Shown piece by piece: positions 26,493 through 39,100 of a stretch of DNA of 64,000 nt. Below the pieces are notes generated by a model, which did not search any database, was not told the origin of the DNA, and saw only the letters and a program-made list of their open reading frames with translations. The DNA comes from Trichoplax adhaerens (lineage: Eukaryota; Animalia; Placozoa), in the NCBI RefSeq assembly GCF_000150275.1, contig NW_002060955.1:1758024-1822023 (forward strand), given 5' to 3'. The translations under genes were made by a program, and so were the position numbers. Position 1 is the stretch's first letter; the number at the start of each line of letters is the position of its first letter.

Positions 26493-27501
26493 GAAAGTTA
26501 TTGTACTGATTCTGGAGATTATCTGTATGATAAAACGTCGATTTTATTCAATCATAAAATGCAAATTTGAAATTTCCTATTACTTAATATGCTTTTCACT
26601 TAGCATGCTTGCCTGTAAATTCGAATTAATGTTAAGATGTATGTATAAAGACATGGCTTAATAATAGGCCGGATATCAGGCTTGGTTCCAAATTGTTTAA
26701 AGTGTTGATCTTGTCAACGTACTGATTTCGTCGACTTTTGTTGAAGTAATGTGGTGAACATTGAGCTCTAAAATATATTGGCCGCAACAATATCAAAGAA
26801 TAGCTGCTAACACTCCAATTTTAACAAACGCGACAGTATCAACATTGATGAGAATTGGCCCAGTTTCAGGGCCCCCTTTAAACTGTACTAGCGTACCAGC
26901 GTACTGTACATGGTCATCTACAATAGGTAACTTCAATGTTACTACGGTGATCGTATCTCGTTACATTAACTAATTAATTGATTATATCATAATAAATTAT
27001 GCGACCGTATTTTGTTCAAGAAAACTCTCGCGCGTACAGTATTTTATGATGTAGGGATTTCGTAATTTCACTATGAATTATACAGTAAATTCGTCCTGCA
27101 CCTACATTAAGGTTAAAGATTACCAAATCCGTAATGTTGAACTGTGTTTTAAGATTTTTGCCCAATTCACTATTGTAAATTGTTAAAAAAAAAGTTTTGT
27201 TGTCTGGATATTCAGGAAATTAATTAAGGCAAACGCTACATCCACTACTGTATATTACAGCATGCGAAATAACATTATGATACCATTGTACATTCATTTC
27301 ATTTTGTTGTCGTTATGATCCAAAACAATAAATCTAACAACTAGAAATTTTTTAATTAAATTTAAATGACTTTATTGATGTTGAACTTGATGTCAAGGAT
27401 GACAATATATTACATGATAAATCCTCCAGTATTTCCAACACCTAGCTGAGAATAATAAGAAATGAATTAGAGTCAGTAGTTTACGCAAGGTAACGTTATG
27501 A

Positions 27502-27644
27502 TAATGTTTGATTACAATACAAGCACGATCTCAGAAGTCAACCTTAAATCGAGCCCGACACAATTAATCAAGTCAATATCGCATTCTTAATCAACAAGTG
27601 AAATGCGATTAACCATTTTCACCAGTTAACGAGAAGAATGCGTC
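27502..27644 (-). ncRNA. Candidate box H/ACA snoRNA in the 3'UTR intron of RPS3
   Basis: Minus strand: hairpin 1 CGCATTCTT...AAGAATGCG; hinge ATATTGA (imperfect H box); hairpin 2 TTGATTA...CGGGCTCGATTT/AGATCGTGCTTG...TAATCAA with an internal pocket, followed at once by ACA+3 nt; ~143 nt, ending ~55 nt before the 3' splice site. Confidence 0.55.
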
Positions 27645-27834
27645 GATTACTAAATACTGCTATAAATAGCCAAGCTATATTCACAGTATCGTTCGATTAT
27701 TTTTGATTCGTTATTATACCGCACATATGTAACTAAAGCAAGTTAGGATATTACAAAATTTTCCCTCATTTCGTAATTCATAGATTTACTTACCGATTGA
27801 AATCGGATCTGCGGTAGCTTAAAAAACATCCAGG

Positions 27835-30178
27835 TTAATTATCCTTGCTAGAGTCATATTGCTCAAAGACTTCACTCTTGGGTTCAGAAATGCTAACATA
27901 ATCAGGCAATGGTTTCTTAGGTCCACTCTTGCCAGTGGGATCTGTTGGCAACATGATTTTGACTTTGATACCAAGTACACCTAAAAATTTTTGTCACGGA
28001 TAGAGAAAAGTTTGAAGTTAGAGAAATACTACTATTTCTCACACATACGAGGCAAAGTAGTTCTATTCATTTAGCTAAGGCTTTACCTTGTCGAAGATAT
28101 ACGTGGCGAATAGCTGTATCGACATAATCAACACAGGGTTGACCTGTGTGAATCATTAAACCATCTACAAATTTCATAGACTTTGCACGCTGTCCACGTA
28201 ATTTACCAGAGACAACGATTTCACAGCCTTTAGCACCACTTTCCATGATGAATCTCAATACACCATAGCAAGCCCTAAAGTAATATCATAACGATTAAAG
28301 TTACCATCTGACTAATAAAAATGTCGAAAGATAGGATAATACTACTTCTAGAGTATTCATGTTGCAATAACTAAGGCTTAGCACAGGGGAAACAATGCAC
28401 TAAGCTTAACTCTTCACTAGATTACTCGATAGTAGCGATTGTCATTTTTTTTACGCTTACCTTCTAACTGCTAAGCCTCCGATCAATTTGTAACGGAGAG
28501 ATTCACACTGCGCGATAGCACATAAACCACGAGCAGCAACTTTTTCTGCATAGATCTATGATATCAACGACAAGAAAACACTGCAATTACGATCGTGAAA
28601 TAACAGCCAGTGTAATGCTGTACAATTTTAGCCGTAACTATAACGATAATAGTTTAAGTAATTGGGCGAGCGACTGTCGTTTTTAAGTGATAGATGTACA
28701 ACATTCAAGACACTTCTTTTACCTCAACACTGTCTTCGGGGAAATTGAATCGTTTCTGAATCAGAGACATGAGCTCACGGATTCTTCTACCCTTTTCACC
28801 AAGTACATTTTGAGTACGAGTGGCAGAGATGATAATTTCAGTTCTAGTAGGGGTAACGCGAACTTCTACACCGCTATAGCCATCTTCAGCTAATTCACGG
28901 CTTAAGAAATTGTTCAGTTCAGCCCTAAAGATTCCATCAGCTACAAACTAGTACAAAAATCAAAATACCACTGTTAAAGGATGGCATAATTTCAACTTTC
29001 TACTGTTACTATTAGCTAGACTACTCGGCCTCTACTGTAACAGGCCTTAACTTGATCCTGTGCAATTCTACAGTTCGATTTAAAATAGCCATAATTTCAT
29101 GTAATGTCGCGCGAATAAAGTGGTCGTTTTCATAGATACGAAATCATATCCCTATTGCATCGTCACTAAGACCATTGGCTACAGTCATAGGAGTCATTTC
29201 ATTACTTAAGTAATGAGATTACGTTTAGTAAAGAATTAAGATGAAGGTCTTACAGATAAAGTATCTAGCAATCTGTACAAACTATGGGCATCGCTTTCGC
29301 TCGTATTCATAATAGAGCGGTAGGGAATGCACTGATGATCTACTAGTAGTACAGTCTATATAAATTTAGTAATTAAGGCAGCGCATGCAGGCATATTCGA
29401 TCGATACTGGTCAATGGGTTATTTTTGTCGATGATAATTCATCTTCAACGATGGGATACAATGTCACGCCTTGCATGTCCAGCTAGTCATGTTACTGTAA
29501 GAGCGATTCATTATCAGAACTGTCTTCAGTAAGTCCAATTTTGGCCTATGCAGACGTTCAATTCTCTTCAGGACAAGTTTTCCTTGTCATTCTATCGTAT
29601 CACTGAAATAGGAGCTATTACTCATTCCTAGTTATCAGGCTATTGGTGGGCTTCAATCGTACTCATCCAAGGAAGAGACAAGGATATTTCCAAGCGTAAC
29701 GTTAGCAATTGTCAGTGATGAGAATGCGCTTTTTTAGAGTACGGCCCCGATCACTTTTTCAACGTATCTAAGCCATGACTATATCAAGTTGGATTGCTCT
29801 AGAAGACTAAAAGATTTTTAAAAGTAGGCTAATATTAACGAGTGGCCTATTATGAAGGCCATCGACTAGCAAGACTATACCGAAATCAATCTTGTCCATC
29901 TTTGCTAACCGGACTATGACAAAATCTACTAAGACAGTATCCATCCATGTTGATGGCTATTACTAACGCACGAGTAGAATATGGGCAATGGACATTATAA
30001 TCGGATGGAAATCCGTGTTTTCTATAGTCATCCATATTCAAACACCTTCGCCATCGGTCCAATATGTACGTAAAGACATGATTGAACAATTTTTTGTTCA
30101 ATTTAATGGCAAAATAATGGAATTTCTGAATTAAAATTGGCCTACCTTTCTTTTCTTACTGATACTCGCTGCAGCCAT
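27835..30178 (-). CDS. RPS3: 40S ribosomal protein S3 (uS3); 5 coding exons
   Basis: [11 protein letters not shown]|[33 protein letters not shown]...[38 protein letters not shown]...[12 protein letters not shown]. Confidence 0.98.
29459..29567 (-). ncRNA. Candidate box H/ACA snoRNA in RPS3 intron 1
   Basis: Minus strand: hairpin AGAATTG..GTCT..TAGGCCAA/TTGGACTTA..AGAC..CAGTTCT, hinge ATAATGA, weaker second hairpin ending GGCGTG-ACA-TT. Confidence 0.35.
29581..29673 (-). ncRNA. Weak candidate box C/D snoRNA in RPS3 intron 1
   Basis: Terminal stem TCCTTG/CAAGGA flanking a C-like TGGATGA, an internal CTGA (D') and a terminal ATGA (D variant); no exact rRNA complement identified. Confidence 0.25.
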
Positions 30179-30201
30179 ATTCGACTTTGTTGCGAAAGAT
30201 T

Positions 30202-30240
30202 GAGAAGAGGGCTGGCTAAAGTGCGCCTGCGCTACTTATA
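30202..30240 (-). promoter_or_regulatory. TCT initiator / 5'TOP pyrimidine tract (CCCTCTTCTC) with a TATAAG box ~30 nt upstream
   Basis: Pyrimidine tract at 30211-30202, ~25-30 nt before the RPS3 ATG; TATAAG at 30240-30235; typical ribosomal-protein promoter architecture. Confidence 0.65.
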
Positions 30241-30872
30241 CCCACTTGACTGTTGCCACTTGCAAGTACAGTCACTAGCAACCACGTGGGCCGTCGGCAG
30301 TGGCAGCCAGGCTGTACGTGATGTGTTGTCTGTCATACTGTTCACTGTAGTGTACGGACGCTTTGAGTCCTTTTGCTCTCACTGCTTGTGGTACTCGTGG
30401 GTAACGTTGGTACAGTCACTGTAGTTTAGGATGGCACTTTTTTATACCGTAAACACAGTACAGGCACTAGTCTACAGTCTAGTACACAGAGTCCAGTCAT
30501 GGACTACTATAGCAGAAAGAAAGGAACACCACCCCTCGGCATTGCTTGATGAATACAAGAGTACACTGACTGAGTACAGTATGTATGCAGTGAAGAAGGC
30601 ATGTTAACATAGGGAAAGGTGATTCTTCAGTAAGAGTGAAAAGAAAAAAATGAACAGAAACTTGACTAGTAAAGCATACAGTATCCTGTAGTATGCAACG
30701 TGGTACTCCATGCTGAAGATCATAAAGGAAAAATTGCAATCAGTAAATGATTTTTCTTTCTTTCTTTGGCCTCAGTCAAGTGGACAGCAAAGATCATCAT
30801 CGATGCTGTCCAGTTAGACCTGACAGTCCAGTACAGTACACAGAGTACAGTACACTGTACAGTACAGTACTC

Positions 30873-31500
30873 CTGTATGGACAGATGGACTACTAGAAAT
30901 TACTTCCAGTACAGTACAATATAGTACTGTACTGTATAGTGTACAGTACAGTACTGTACAGTATAAGTGCCCATACGCAAGTACTGTACACTAGTGTACA
31001 GTGTACACTAATTCTGTAAGGACAGACGGACTACTAGAAATTACTTCCAGTTACAGTACTGAGTACACTAATTCTGTATGGACAGATGGACTGCTAGAAA
31101 TTACTTTAAGTACAGTACTGTACACTAATTACAGTACAGTATGTACGTATGGATAGATGGACTACGGTACTAGAAATTACTTCCAGTACTGTACACTGTA
31201 CACTGTTCAGTCCAGTAATTCTGTATGGACAGATGGACGAAAAGAAATTACTTCAAGTACAGTACAGTGTACACTAATTACAGTACAGTATAGTATACAA
31301 TCACTATATAGTTCTGTACTGTATGTAGCTGAATTGATGCCAAAATTTCCAAATTATTCTGTAACATTAGTATAGTATACTGGCTGTACACTATTTACAG
31401 TATATATGGACAGATGGACTACTAGAAATTACTTCCAGTACAGTACAGTACAGTAATTCTGTATGGACAGATGGACTACTAGAAGTTACTTCCAGTACTG
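30873..31500. repeat. Array of seven ~40-nt conserved repeats (ctgtatggacagatggactactagaaattacttccagt) separated by variable TACAGT-rich spacers
   Basis: Copies near 30873, 31014, 31074, 31147, 31221, 31404 and 31459. Confidence 0.9.
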
Positions 31501-34019
31501 TAGCCTGCCAAGGATGCAGAACGGACCATTCGGACAGACAGCCGCTAACATGGTGGAAATAAATTGAATTGAAACAATGCCCCTTACCACTTGCGTTCCA
31601 TCTTATACTCCAATACAGTGATCAAGCGTTCAAGGAATGATCGAGAATTGAATCAGTTTAGAGTCAATACATTTTCCACTCTATTCTACTCTAGCATGCC
31701 ATGATGCTGTGCAGTGTACAGTATATGTCATACATAGCCAAGACTATTCCATTGGTGTACATTTCAGTAATTTCAAATTTCGTTCATCGATTATATACTG
31801 TATACAGGATGTTGATTTCCATAAATACCAGAAGGACGGAATATAAAATAAATAAATGAATAAGTAAAAAATAAAAGGAAGAAATTCTTCTATACATCAA
31901 TATCTACTGTATGTTGAGGCTATTGTTGTTTTGGAGACAAGTGAAATCACCACAGCACGGTAGTGCTGTATCCTTTCCAGCACAAGTTCTCAATGCCAGT
32001 ACAGTATTGCCCATTTTCAGGTATTTCGCCTTATGCCATCATCCAGCTCCCACTTATATCGCATTTCTGTCAATTCAAAGTCGTGCCTTAGTCATTCTCT
32101 CTTGTAACTCTTTAACCATTTAAAAAAAAATGGTTTAACTCAAGTGATTCTTAGGAAATCACAGACAAGAACTGCAATCAAGAATGCAACTGTCAGATAG
32201 GTTGACCAGTTTACATCTTGCGTCATCTCCTACACTTATATTATGAGCGTTTCTTCAATGAATCATGGATATGGCGACACTCTAATCGCTATCACAAGAC
32301 ACTTTAGGTATCCAACTTTCTACTACTGTATCCAATGATGGATAACGGGGATACGCTTCGGTTGGATCCTCAATGCTTTCCATGATTTGATGGAAGCAAT
32401 TGTATCAACCTCGAATATATATTAAAGCCAAGTTGTCCAGGACCTCATTCGATACTAAAACAATATTGCAATTTTCAATTAGCGATCGTCTCGTATATTG
32501 CGTTTTTCTCCATTTTACAATATTCAGTATTAACCATAACTGAGAATTTATCCATATACGTTATACCCGATATGTAGTAATAGTACTCTACAGCAGTGGA
32601 ATACCTTCGGTTTCTTCTATCCGTTCGAAACTCAGACACATACGTATACAGTATTACAAAAAAAAAAAATAGACCATAAGCTGCTATATCGAACAGAGTA
32701 ACTGCGGATTATTGATAGATAGATAAATTCTCTCCATGATTATAAATGGTCTAAGCAATCTCCAAATTAAATCAATTTCATAATAACACCGGATGAACAG
32801 GGAATAATTATTATTAAAGAGAGAATCTTAGCGTCCCGTTGAAAAACTACCAAATTAAAAATAGATTAGAATGATAAAGTCTGCAGTACACAGCGTTCAA
32901 TGTTGTGCTAGTTCTTGATTGTTGAGAAGAAAAATATCCTGACGTATTATTATAAATTCTGTCTTCAATGTCTTCTCTGATCAATAACTTTTAATTATAG
33001 TAGTCCCTGCTAAAAGTATCCAAATAGAAAGAGTAGGTATGATTTCTAAATCGAAGTAGGAAAAAAGCAACCGTGGAATTGTCAATAAAACAGTGAGTCA
33101 ATCAGATGTATAGCACTTTCTATAATCCGTATTTATTGTAAATTAAAAAAATTGATAAAGTAATAGTGAAAGATAGCGTAATCGATTATGATAAAGGTAA
33201 AGTAAAAAAGGAATAAAATAGTCGACAGAACTCAAGGAAATCAATACAATCTGAGTCCAGTCATACCGGTACAATATATGTGCTCTAAATATAGTTCAGT
33301 TGCAAACGTGTTAAATGAATCAATAGCAATCCATTTTCTAGCATCGCGTTGACTTGGAAAGGCAATATCATTACCCCACCGGCAGATGAAATTAGACAAG
33401 GTAATTATTTCAAGTCGATATAATTGCCATGATCACCTGATAACTTTGCTATTGATCATTGAAGAATTCATTTTGTTTTGTTCCTATGGTGTTGGCGAAT
33501 GGAATTAATCAATTCCATGCTCAAAAACAGTATCGTCAAATTGAATCATGCCTATTAAAATAAAGAGATAAAAGCTAGAGCGTACAGTATTAAGCTAGTA
33601 GCAAAAATCAATGCTTTCTATTTGATCAAAGCATTAGATAAGAAACAATCGCAATTGATATTCTTTCACGCTCATTCGATCGAACAAAATAAACATCAAA
33701 ATCTTATCTATTCATTGACTTGTTTCGTTAAGATGATGAATAAACAAGTCTACATTTAGACATCATTCCAATCGATCAGTTACTTTGTTTCAATCCTTTC
33801 TGTCATTTTTTCGCAATCGATCGCCATCGTCGACAGATCGATTCAGCATTTTCCTTGTAAATAGGCTGTTAACGCTAGGAAATTGTTCACGTAAGGATAA
33901 AATTCTGTCTTGCTTCCCTTTCGTATTTTATCGTCAATGATTCTCCACCATCCTTGGTTAATTAATGATCCTTTCTAATCTATTCGCTGATAACGATATA
34001 TCAAAATCAATTTAATATT

Positions 34020-34590
34020 GGCAACGTATGTATCTTTAGTATAACTAATCGAATAAAAAACCATCATTATTGGTATGAGTTAATCAATTTACAACAGGAA
34101 TACGTGCAGAATTTAAAATATCAATAATCGTCTTGTTGACCAGATAGATTAATATTGTATAGCAAATGATTCTTGACAATAGTTGGTTAATGATTACTTC
34201 TATTTTAGTCGTCGATAGCGATAGATCAGAAAGCTATTTTACTTTTTTGCAACGTATGGTTTCTTTAGCATGAATAATCAAATAAGAATAGATCGTTATT
34301 ATCAAAAGTTAATCAGCTTTGAACTAGAATACGCATAGAAATTAAAATAGAGAATATCATCTTGTTTAATAGGTTGATTAATCTTTCATCATAAAATAAT
34401 TTTCAACAATCCTCATTTATTATTATTTCTTATGTAGTCGCAGATAATAATGTATTTATAATTTACTTTATGCTAGCAGCTTAGACATCATCAGAACTAA
34501 TAATCGAATAAGAATCGCTAATCATTGCCATGAGTTAATCTATCTTAAACTGTAAAGTGCTAAATAAAATACGTGTAGAATTGAAGATGA
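34020..34590. repeat. Degenerate tandem repeat, ~230-nt unit x2.5
   Basis: 'gcaacgtatg..tctttag...aatc.aataa.aa...agttaatc...aatacg...agaa' at ~34021, ~34250 and a partial copy at ~34495. Confidence 0.7.
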
Positions 34591-36124
34591 ACTTCGATAT
34601 AGGACCAATGAATACCTGATTCAAAATTTTCTAATCATATATTTCATGATTGGCAAGGAATTGAGGTTTTCGTCAACAGCAATCCTAGACCTATCACATC
34701 GCTTGACGACCCTTTCCGTTCTCCAAGTCCAATTAACTTACTAATGAAATAGTTGTTATCGCCAAGAAAAGCATCCAAAATCAACAAAGTAGCCCATTGA
34801 TCAAAGTGTATACAGCAAGTGAGTAATGAAAAAAGTTTTATCGTGTTAATAAAGTGAAAGTAATCATTCATTTCATAATTCTGGACACATTGTTACTTTA
34901 TGTTGAATTGAAGCTAAATATAAATATCCACCTTGGCATCTCCATGGATAATTAACCAATATCGTAAAGTATCTAATTTATTACAATTCTTAGCATTTTG
35001 ATGAAACGTCATGATATCATTGATTAATGATAGTGTTTCATCAATAATACAACACTATACTTCATCGGGTATTTGAAAGGGGAAAGATGCTATCATGATT
35101 TTATTATCTATACTATTTTTGTAACTTAAATCTTCTGTTCTTTCATTTGATATTGGTAATGGTTGAGTAATTTTTATAATCTCCATTTTGGCGATAATTC
35201 AATTCATAGCTAAAAAGATTGAAATGTAATCGTGATAGAAACAATATCACTGTCCTAGTTAAACTTTAAAAGGAATAAATACTTTATCAATCTTTGTTTT
35301 ACTATGATTGAACGCTTGAATCAATTTTGGATTGATCCCATATTCAATGATTGGCCTAAACATTTATCCTTGAACATTGAATATACTATCTTTAAAGCAA
35401 GACCACATCATTGATGCATCTCATAACTAAGTTACAAGTTGAACTAGCAAGAACAGTTTAATCAAGTACCACACTATTTCCTCTTTCAGTTTTTCTCGCC
35501 TTTTTCTTTTCTTTTTTATCGTCATTTAAAGTCAGTGCTAAATAATCTGAAGAATACTCTTGAATATCACCTCTTACTTGCCCGCTTCAGTTCTATTTGT
35601 CTGATTTATTTTAACGTCCAATCTCCTTACCTTGAACTTCTAAAGTCATTAATTTATCTACAAATGTTGATTGGATTCTATCATAACAGCAAGTAAATTA
35701 CCGTTGATATTACAATATTTGTATAGTTAATCTTTGGTAGGCACGGAAAGAGTGAGTTTGTATTAATACTAAATTTATTTAATTCTTATTGTATTATTTC
35801 CCTATTAAATTTTATAGCTAATCACTGTTTATCTTGCCAATCAATTCAAGCAATCATATGATCACAGTATCAAGGCAGGAAAGAGGTATGGTAGGCAATG
35901 TAAAGTATTAATTAATCAAGAAAATGTTAGTCGTCCTAATTATTTGAATTTTTTTCTATAACAATAGAAGGTACTATTTAATAGGTAGGAATACGAAGTA
36001 TTTATTTCAAAATTGAATCATTTATCCTTATAAAGTGAATAGCAACGCATATTTATCAGTTAATAGTTTGTCTCAATATATTTTAAAGCGTACGAAGAAA
36101 TTCTTAGCGTTAATAAATCTCGTT

Positions 36125-39100
36125 ATGGGCATTTCTTATAGCAACAACGATATGGTAAATAACAATCCTGCATTAGAAGAATTTCGTATTGAACTTACTG
36201 ATAATCGAAGTAGTTATCGAAATGGACAAATACTATCTGGTGTCGTTACCATTCAGCCCAAGGAGCAGTGGCAGGCTAAGCAAATATGGATTGAAATTGT
36301 CGGGGTAGGCCATTCAAGGATTCGAGCTTTGCAGGCTTTCCGAAAGAGAAAGACGGCATCTTTAGCTAGAATGGGTAGTATAACTGGTTTCTTAGAAGAA
36401 ACAGAAACTTATTTTAAGCAGAAAAAAGTTCTATGGGGCAAAGAAGGTATAGCATTGTTTTAAATTTGTAGAATTTATTCTAGCGTAAGCGGATACTTTG
36501 AATACGAGATATTCAATTATTTTTTCTTTTCTTTTGTGATTGTACGGCCATTTCTTTCAAATTTGACTATTATTAATGTTCAACAAACTTTGATTTATAT
36601 CAACGATAGCTTGTGGCGATTGCCCTTGCTGTTTAAATTCAGATTTTAGCCCAAAACAATTAACTGCTCTATCCCTACGAAGGCATCGATTCCCATTTAG
36701 TTTTATGATTACTGGCGATCAATTACCTTCCTCTTTTGAAAATAATCATTGCTATATACGTTATTCATTGCAAGCTTGTATTGAAAAATTGAATGAAATA
36801 GATCATTCTGCTAGTAGAGTTTTTACACTATTGGAGAATAGTGATGTGAATCGTTCAGAATATAAGGTATGGCCATTTTCAAGCAATTTACATCACCTAG
36901 GAAATCAATCTGTTTTAACATGCAGTTCCGTGATGATTACTAAAAAATGGATCACATCTCATGTCGGTGTTGATTCCTATTCTAGATGCCTCCACCAATC
37001 TTTGAGAAAGAAACTTACTTTCGTTGTTACAATTGTCGTTCTGGTCCATTGCGATTATTTGCAAATATTGACCATAGTGGCTATGTTCCTGGTGATACCC
37101 TTAATCTTGACGTAACCATCGAGAATTCTACCGATGCAACTGTCGATCGGATGAATGCTTCTTTAATGCAGTGCATTACTATTAAGGCTCAGAATGGTTA
37201 CCAAAATGAGCGAAGAACTTGTGTTTCTGTTCAGGATGAAGAATCGGTTCGGCCTGGAGATGTTAAAAGGTGGGCCAATAAATCTATCATCATTCCAAAT
37301 CTTACACCTACCATTCGCAGCAGTGGCGTTATTAAATTGGATTATTTATTAGAGGTTGGTATTTATTTCTGGGCATTTTAGTCGATTTTATCCTACTATT
37401 CGCAACAGTAGTATTGACTAAAGTGAGTTAATTATTTCGAGTTGGAGTTAATTTCTATGATTTTTAGTTGATTTTATCCTACTATTTGCATCAGCAGTAT
37501 TGTCTAAAGTGAGTTAGTTATTTCGGGTGGGAGTTAATTTCTGCAGTTTTCTAGTTGACTTTATCCTGCCATTCGTAATAGCACAGTATAGTATTATTGT
37601 AGTATTCAACTGGGTTGATTATATGAAAATTGTATTACTTTCTGCCAATTTTAGTCGCAGAATTACAGTATTGATTGTAATTGAATTGATTATTTGAGCA
37701 TGATGTTATTTTATGGAATTCTAGTTACAAAAGTACAGTGAAAGCTGGGTTACTTTTTCCAAAAGGGTTCATTTATGAAATTTCTAGTTAATTTTTACTT
37801 ACCGTCCTCAGCAGTAGTATTACAGTTTTGAAACCGGGTTGGGTTTTAGAAGAGAGTGTTTTTTCCACAATTTCTAGTTGATTTCAACTACCATCCACAA
37901 CAGCAGTGTTAGAGTTTTCTATTGAACTGACGATTATAGGATAATGCTCATTAGTGAAAGTTCTAGTTGATTTCACCTACCTTCTCCAGTAGCAGAATTC
38001 GAATGTTAAATTAGATTAGCTATGAGAGGATGATGTTCATATCTCTAATTTCTAACTGAATTCATTTCTAAAATTGCTATTATATCGGGTTAATTATTAT
38101 CTACGTGTGTATAATTATCCAGATGCTCAATATCGTTATCTTTTGTTGACAAGCTACATGCCTATAAATATATAAATTAGCCTTAGTAGTTATTTTGGGT
38201 TAAGTCATAGAGGTCAATAATGTCTATGGACTCAGTATAAAAATATAGAATACTATCCTACATGAAATTATAAATTTCATGAGTTTGTGATAACTGTTTG
38301 TAGTGCAGTCCAGTGGAATGATTTTAACTAGTAAATACTGTGTAATAGTTATTATTCAATTAAAAACTAACGGGTTATAAATCGAATCCAGACATAGAAT
38401 CCAAAAATACTTGCTTGTTAATTTGATTTGGACCAAATATCGCATGACCTTAGTCTCTAACAATAACTACGGAAACCATGACAGCTTGTTGTTTGACTTT
38501 ATATGTGAAAGTTTAATGATGTGCAAAGCTACTCTTGCGAGATTATAGAATAGTGAGAACGTTGATAGTTCAATTCACTTGCCGCAATTTAGCTAACTGT
38601 AAAGTAGATTTAGACTGACGATTATCTAATTAGATCCCTAAAAATGAAACGATTTCAACTTTTAGTCTCCTTTGTCCACTCGATTAGATTCATTATTCAA
38701 TGATAAAAAATGTTTGAGAAATCGATTATTAACATGATATAAATTAGTAATGATATGCCTCATTTATTACATTTCTAGATCGCTGTAGCTGTGAAGAACA
38801 AAAATTTAATTACAGCAACATTTCCAATTGTTATTGGTACACCGGGTATAAATGAATTAGAAAAGGAAGATTCCGTTTCGTCTGGTAAGTAAAATAAATA
38901 ATATCCATTCTGTATTTGCGCCTTAGTTGAATCTATTCATGACCATAACGACCTTGTTATTGAAGTAGCAATTGTTACTAGCTATAATTAATTGCATGAT
39001 TTTCATTATCGGCTATTGATTTTCATTCTAGTAGGTAGAATAGCAATTCCAAATTCATCGCTAAGCCAAGATAAGATAGATACAGCCAAGAGTAGCGGCA

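Noticed and set aside
28950-30145. U15 (SNORD15) homologue expected from vertebrate RPS3
   Set aside because: Could not find its GAGGCATTTG-type 28S guide next to a CTGA box in any RPS3 intron by eye
30873-31500. CRISPR array
   Set aside because: Spacers are low-complexity, mutually similar and of very unequal length; no cas genes; eukaryotic intron-containing context
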